Positions 25,098 to 29,046 of a stretch of 29,046 nt of DNA are shown piece after piece. The DNA is taken from assembly GCA_964467305.1 (NCBI GenBank), contig CAYXQU010000001.1, forward strand, positions 5,354 through 34,399. The letters are read 5' to 3'. The notes under the pieces are model-generated. The model made no database searches. It saw only the letters and a program-made list of their open reading frames with translations, and was not told the origin of the DNA. Both the position numbers and the translations under genes were made by a program. Numbering within the stretch: the first letter of the stretch is position 1; every line of letters begins with the position of its first letter. The DNA comes from an uncultured Eubacteriales bacterium (GTDB lineage Bacteria; Actinomycetota; Coriobacteriia; Anaerosomatales; PHET01).

Positions 25098-25729
25098 GCG
25101 CGCTGCTCCTTTCTGCCACCCTTACGGGCGGTAGTCCTCACGCGGACCCCGTCCCAGAAGATCTCGAATGCCTGCGCGGTCGACTCCTCGATGGGTAAGC
25201 CGTAGCGCGCTCCCGCCTCGCCCAGCACCTGCCGGGACATCACCATCTGCGACGTGAGCGCGAAAAACGACTCGGCCATCGCGCGCGGATCGATGTCGGC
25301 ACGCAGGTCTCCCGCTTCTTGCCGCTGCGCCAGGTACTCGGCCAGCCCCGCGAAGTTGCCCGAGGGGCCGGTCTCCATGATCTCGGCCACGTCGGCCGAT
25401 GCGGTGGCCTCGAGCGCGAGCCGCATCGCGACGGTGCCCAGCTCGATGGTCTGCCGCACCTCTATCGTGGCGAGTTCCTTGAGCGTGCCGTACGTGTCCT
25501 CGGGTGCCGAGACGCGCTCGATCACGTAGCCCGCCATGCGCTCGGACCACTGCGCGCCCAGTGCCGCGAGGATCCCTTTCTTGCTTCCGAAGCGCCGGAA
25601 GATGGTGACCTCGTTCACGCCGGCCTTCTGGGCGATCGCACGGGTGGTGGTGGCCGAGTAGCCCTTCTCGGCGAAGAGCGCTGCCGCTGCGTCGAGCACG
25701 CGCGTGGCGGTATCGGCGGTCGCGTGCAT
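25094..25729 (-). CDS. TetR/AcrR family regulator
   Basis: ATG 25729, RBS GAGGAG; VLDAAAALFAEKGYSATTTRAIAQKAGVNEVTIFRRFGSK. Confidence 0.95.
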   Translation of the reverse strand: MHATADTATRVLDAAAALFAEKGYSATTTRAIAQKAGVNEVTIFRRFGSKKGILAALGAQWSERMAGYVIERVSAPEDTYGTLKELATIEVRQTIELGTVAMRLALEATASADVAEIMETGPSGNFAGLAEYLAQRQEAGDLRADIDPRAMAESFFALTSQMVMSRQVLGEAGARYGLPIEESTAQAFEIFWDGVRVRTTARKGGRKEQRA

Positions 25730-25753
25730 CAGGGTCTCCTCGGCGCGGGTGCG

Positions 25754-25804
25754 TGTAAGTGCTTGCTTGCATCCTACGATACGGCCACGCCCCCACAGTG
25801 TCAA
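25754..25804 (-). promoter_or_regulatory. Promoter and probable autoregulatory operator of the TetR-flavodoxin operon
   Basis: Minus strand TTGACA (25804-25799)-N17-TATCGT (25781-25776); near-palindrome TGTAAG-N6-CTTGCA (25754-25771) over the predicted +1. Confidence 0.7.
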
Positions 25805-25874
25805 CCGCTCCGTGCCCTTTCGCCTCTGCACGCGCTATCGTGTGCATGTTGGCCACGGGGGCTGGAGGAGCGAG

Positions 25875-26804
25875 ATGGCGGTTCGGTACCGGGTTCTGTC
25901 ACTGGACGGCGGCGGGATCCGCGGCCTGATCGCGTCTCGGCTGCTCGAGCGGCTCGGCGACCGGCGACCGGGATGGCTCGACGCCGTCGACCTGTTCGCC
26001 GGCACGTCGACCGGAGCGATCCTGGCCACCGCGATAGCCGCAGGGCTTAAGCCTGCCGACATCAGCCGGTTCTACGTCGAGCGCGGCGCCGAGGTCTTCG
26101 ACGAGGACCTGTGGGACCTCACCGACGTCGACCGGCTGGTCCGCGCGGACTACCGCAGCCGCAACCTGAAGCGCGCGCTCGACGACGTCTTCGGCACGCG
26201 GACTCTGGGCGACCTCGAGCGCAAGGTGGTCATCTCGGCGTTCGATCTGGACAGCGGCGGAGTCACCGCCGAGGGCGTGCGCTCGTGGAAGCCGAAGTTC
26301 TTCCACAACTTCGAGGAGCCCGGCTCCACCGACCGCGACGAGCTTGTGGTCGATGTGCTGATGCGTTCGTGCGCGGCCCCCACCTACTTCCCTGTCTACC
26401 AGGGCTTCATCGACGGCGGAGTCGTGGCCAACAACCCCAGCATGTGCGGGCTGGCCCAAGCGCTTCACGCCGAGACGGGCGGGCAACACGCGAGCTACAT
26501 CGCCCTGATGTCGGTGGGAACGGGCGCCAACCCGCGGTTCCTCGAGACGACCGACGGAGACTGGGGCTACGTGCAGTGGGTCAGGCCGCTGCTCAACATC
26601 GTGTTCGAAGGCGGCTCGGGGATCGCGCACTACGAGTGCCGCCAGATTCTGGGGCGGCGCTACCACCGCCTCAATCCCGTGCTACCCCACCCCATAGGCC
26701 TGGACGCCGCCGATAAGATCGCCGAGCTCGAGAGCGTGGCCGCCCGCGAGCACCTCGACGAGGCGACCACCTGGCTGGAGCGCTACTGGGAGGTACCGGG
26801 CTAG
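25875..26804 (+). CDS. Patatin-like phospholipase
   Basis: RBS GGAGGAG; DGGGIRG, GTSTG (nucleophile elbow), SCAAPTYF, DGG..ANNP. Confidence 0.95.
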   Translation: MAVRYRVLSLDGGGIRGLIASRLLERLGDRRPGWLDAVDLFAGTSTGAILATAIAAGLKPADISRFYVERGAEVFDEDLWDLTDVDRLVRADYRSRNLKRALDDVFGTRTLGDLERKVVISAFDLDSGGVTAEGVRSWKPKFFHNFEEPGSTDRDELVVDVLMRSCAAPTYFPVYQGFIDGGVVANNPSMCGLAQALHAETGGQHASYIALMSVGTGANPRFLETTDGDWGYVQWVRPLLNIVFEGGSGIAHYECRQILGRRYHRLNPVLPHPIGLDAADKIAELESVAAREHLDEATTWLERYWEVPG

Positions 26805-27439
26805 ACGAGTCCGGTCCGGCGCCACACGCCGGCCGAGATGCCGAACGCCGGGCCGTACCAGACCAGCCCGCCAATGATGTAGATGACGATGTCTTTGCGC
26901 GCGATGTCGCCCAGCGCGCCCACCTGCCACACGCTCATGTACACGACCCACGCCACCAGCGCGAGCGCCGCGACAAGCACGAGCCCCTGCACGAACGCAC
27001 GCCAGTTCATGCTGGTTCGAGCGCGGCGCGCCAACGCCATCACCAGCGGTGATGCAAGCGCCACCAACAGCAGCGCCGCTATGGGGGTGGTGATCTCGCG
27101 GTACTCCGGGCCCAGGAAGGTGTTGATGGGCACGAGGAACATCGAGCTCACGAACATGACCGCGACACCACTCATGATGATCAGGGGCGACAGGATCGCG
27201 ATACGCAGCGCGACGGTCTTGGCGCTGTCGCGGCTGTCGGTGAGAAACGTGAAGAGCAGGGCGAGCAGGAACGGCACCGTCACCAGCGACACGTACGTCG
27301 CGGTGTAGGTCCGAAACGGCAGCTGGCCTATGGCGATCGAGCCGGGGACGAGGAACAGAAGCGTCGCCGCGTAGACGAGCGCGTAGGTATCGGAGATGCG
27401 GGGCTCCTCGGCGACCGCGACGTGCGTTGTATCTGGCAT
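26801..27439 (-). CDS. Multi-pass membrane protein of unknown function
   Basis: ATG 27439 with AAAGG upstream; about 6 hydrophobic segments; strong codon bias. Confidence 0.8.
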   Translation of the reverse strand: MPDTTHVAVAEEPRISDTYALVYAATLLFLVPGSIAIGQLPFRTYTATYVSLVTVPFLLALLFTFLTDSRDSAKTVALRIAILSPLIIMSGVAVMFVSSMFLVPINTFLGPEYREITTPIAALLLVALASPLVMALARRARTSMNWRAFVQGLVLVAALALVAWVVYMSVWQVGALGDIARKDIVIYIIGGLVWYGPAFGISAGVWRRTGLV

Positions 27440-27679
27440 CGAATGACCTTTCAGCATGGTCAACGGTGGGTTCTTCTCCCGCACATCATGCCGATTCAGG
27501 CCGCCTCAGGATATGACTTCGGTCAAGTGGGAACGCGACCGGGCCACTGGGTTTCGAGGTCGTAACCACTCGGTAATGCCCGCACATCATCGCAGCGAGA
27601 GAGTCGAGTCAGGCCTTGTGGGCCCGCGGGCCCAAGCCGGCCGCCACGCCAGGTGGCTCGATTCGAAAGGAGGCGTGCG

Positions 27680-28147
27680 ATGTCAACCAAGAACCGGGTG
27701 ATCCTCGACGTAGCGTTGCTGGCCGCGATCGTGGTTGCGTACGCGCCCTCGCTGACCGGCGTCAGCATCCACGAGTGGCTGAGTGTCGCGATCCTGGTTC
27801 CCTCGCTGGTGCATCTCGTTTTGAACTGGGACTGGGTCGTGCGCTTCGCGAAGACCACGGCCGAGAGGCTGCGCGCCACCACCGCCGTCAACGCCATGGT
27901 CGACGTCGCACTCTTCGTAGCGGCGGTCGCTGTGGTGCTCTCAGGACTTGTGATCTCGCAAGCAGTGCTACCGGCACTGGGAATCAGCCTTGGCGCCACC
28001 AGTATCTGGTACTCGCTGCACTCTTTGTCGGCAGACGCCACCGTCGTGCTGATGCTCGTGCATTTCGCATTGCACGCCAAGTGGATGGCGGCGGTCCTGA
28101 ACAGCACGCTCAATCGCTTCGACAGAGCCGAGGAGCCCGTGTCATGA
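27680..28147 (+). CDS. DUF4405-like di-heme cytochrome b-type membrane protein
   Basis: RBS AAAGGAGG; two H-x13-H pairs (HEWLSVAILVPSLVH, HSLSADATVVLMLVH); internal two-fold repeat DVALL/DVALF. Confidence 0.8.
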   Translation: MSTKNRVILDVALLAAIVVAYAPSLTGVSIHEWLSVAILVPSLVHLVLNWDWVVRFAKTTAERLRATTAVNAMVDVALFVAAVAVVLSGLVISQAVLPALGISLGATSIWYSLHSLSADATVVLMLVHFALHAKWMAAVLNSTLNRFDRAEEPVS

Positions 28148-28200
28148 GCCCTTAGCGCGAGGACCCGGTCCGTCCGCACTTCAACCTACGAGGAGCACCC

Positions 28201-28422
28201 ATGAGACATCTGAAGAACACCCTATCTGTGATCGCCGCGACGCTGCTCACCGCACTCGCGGTCTACGGCGGAGTCGAGCTGGTGAGCACGGCGACCGGCA
28301 CCTCGAGTGACTCGACGATCGCCTTCAACACCGCGACCACTCAGTCCACTGCCACACAGACCTGCCCCGCCACCGGGTGCACCGCCTCGAGCTGTCACGC
28401 CGCGCATGGCAGCAGCCACTAA
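28201..28422 (+). CDS. Small membrane-anchored or secreted protein with C-x4-C-x4-C-H C-terminus
   Basis: RBS AGGAG; basic N-terminus plus hydrophobic helix, Ser/Thr linker, CPATGCTASSCHAAHGSSH. Confidence 0.8.
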   Translation: MRHLKNTLSVIAATLLTALAVYGGVELVSTATGTSSDSTIAFNTATTQSTATQTCPATGCTASSCHAAHGSSH

Positions 28423-28440
28423 CACCCACGGAGGACCACG

Positions 28441-29046
28441 ATGACCCTGAGCAAGAAGCTGAAGCGCTACAAGGGCTGGATCGCAGTGGCGCTCATCGTC
28501 GCTGTCGCCGTGACCGCGGTGGTACTGCTGCGCGGCGCTCGCGAATCGACCGCTTTGACCAGCTACACCACCGAGACCGTCGCCTCCGGCACGCTGTCGG
28601 TGACCGTTGATGGCACCGGCAATCTCGCCGTGCGCGACGAGGTGGACGCCTACCCCAGCGTGAGTGGCGACGTGGCTAAGATCTACGTCTCAGAAGGTGA
28701 CACTGTCGAAGAAGGCGACGTGCTCTACAAGCTGAGCGCGACCTCCGTCGACCAGGCGGTGTCCAGCGCGAAGGCGGCCAAGCAGCAGGCCTCGACCTCG
28801 GTGTCGAAGGCCAAACTCGAGCTCTACCGTGCCGAAGCATCGCTCGACGATCTCGAAGAGAAGTCCGATGAACCCTCCTCCACGGTGAGCAGCTCCGATG
28901 TCACCGTGGCCAAGAAGGAGGTCTCGATCGCCAAGCAGGGCGTGACCTCGGCGCAGACCTCCTACAGCGCCGCTGCCGAGGAGTACGAGGACGCCCTCGA
29001 TGAGCTCGACGAGCTCGAAGTCACCGCCCCGTGCGACGGCGTCATC
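28441..29046 (+). CDS. MacA/HlyD-type membrane fusion (adaptor) protein; 3' end outside window
   Basis: RBS GGAGG; N-terminal TM helix, V..GTL.VTV.GTG, VSG.V..IYV.EGD.VEEGDVL lipoyl half, coiled coil, VTAPCDGVI; open to the window end. Confidence 0.9.
   Translation, partial: MTLSKKLKRYKGWIAVALIVAVAVTAVVLLRGARESTALTSYTTETVASGTLSVTVDGTGNLAVRDEVDAYPSVSGDVAKIYVSEGDTVEEGDVLYKLSATSVDQAVSSAKAAKQQASTSVSKAKLELYRAEASLDDLEEKSDEPSSTVSSSDVTVAKKEVSIAKQGVTSAQTSYSAAAEEYEDALDELDELEVTAPCDGVI

Noticed and set aside
25875-26804. Patatin as a CBASS (CapV-like) or other defence effector
   Set aside because: No CD-NTase, cap genes or NTPase nearby; it is a stand-alone gene between a TetR and a membrane protein
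27562-27583. GGTAATGCCCGC resembling the 3' part of a TPP riboswitch
   Set aside because: The CTGAGA and AACCTGA core elements are absent, and the downstream genes are not thiamine-related
1-29046. rRNA, tRNA, CRISPR arrays, IS elements, prophage or att sites
   Set aside because: No spaced repeats, cloverleaf motifs, transposase/integrase ORFs or terminal repeats seen by eye; tRNAscan, Infernal and ISEScan would be needed to exclude them formally

Overview
High-GC (about 70%) bacterial chromosomal segment. Gene content and style suggest an actinobacterium, possibly Coriobacteriia-like (inference). I found about 40 CDS and no rRNA, tRNA, CRISPR array, transposase or integrase. The left end is defence-like: a single-chain N6-adenine restriction-modification enzyme (runs off the window) is divergent from an MqsR-like toxin and an MqsA/Panacea antitoxin, followed by a DUF6323/DUF6179-like pair. 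The middle holds envelope-stress and detox-type genes (PadR module, DUF2089/SHOCT operon, Tag-like protein, cysteine synthase, two ABC exporters, AzlCD, two TetR units, ATP-grasp, alpha/alpha-barrel, DinB, methyltransferase and two GyrI-like genes). An MNT-HEPN toxin-antitoxin pair sits between the ATPase and permease genes of one ABC transporter. The right end encodes a patatin, then a di-heme cytochrome-b-like DUF4405 protein, a 73-aa membrane-anchored C-x4-C-x4-CH peptide and a MacA-like adaptor (truncated). Family names come from motif recognition and recall, not database searches. Starts were chosen by eye from RBS and stop/start overlaps.
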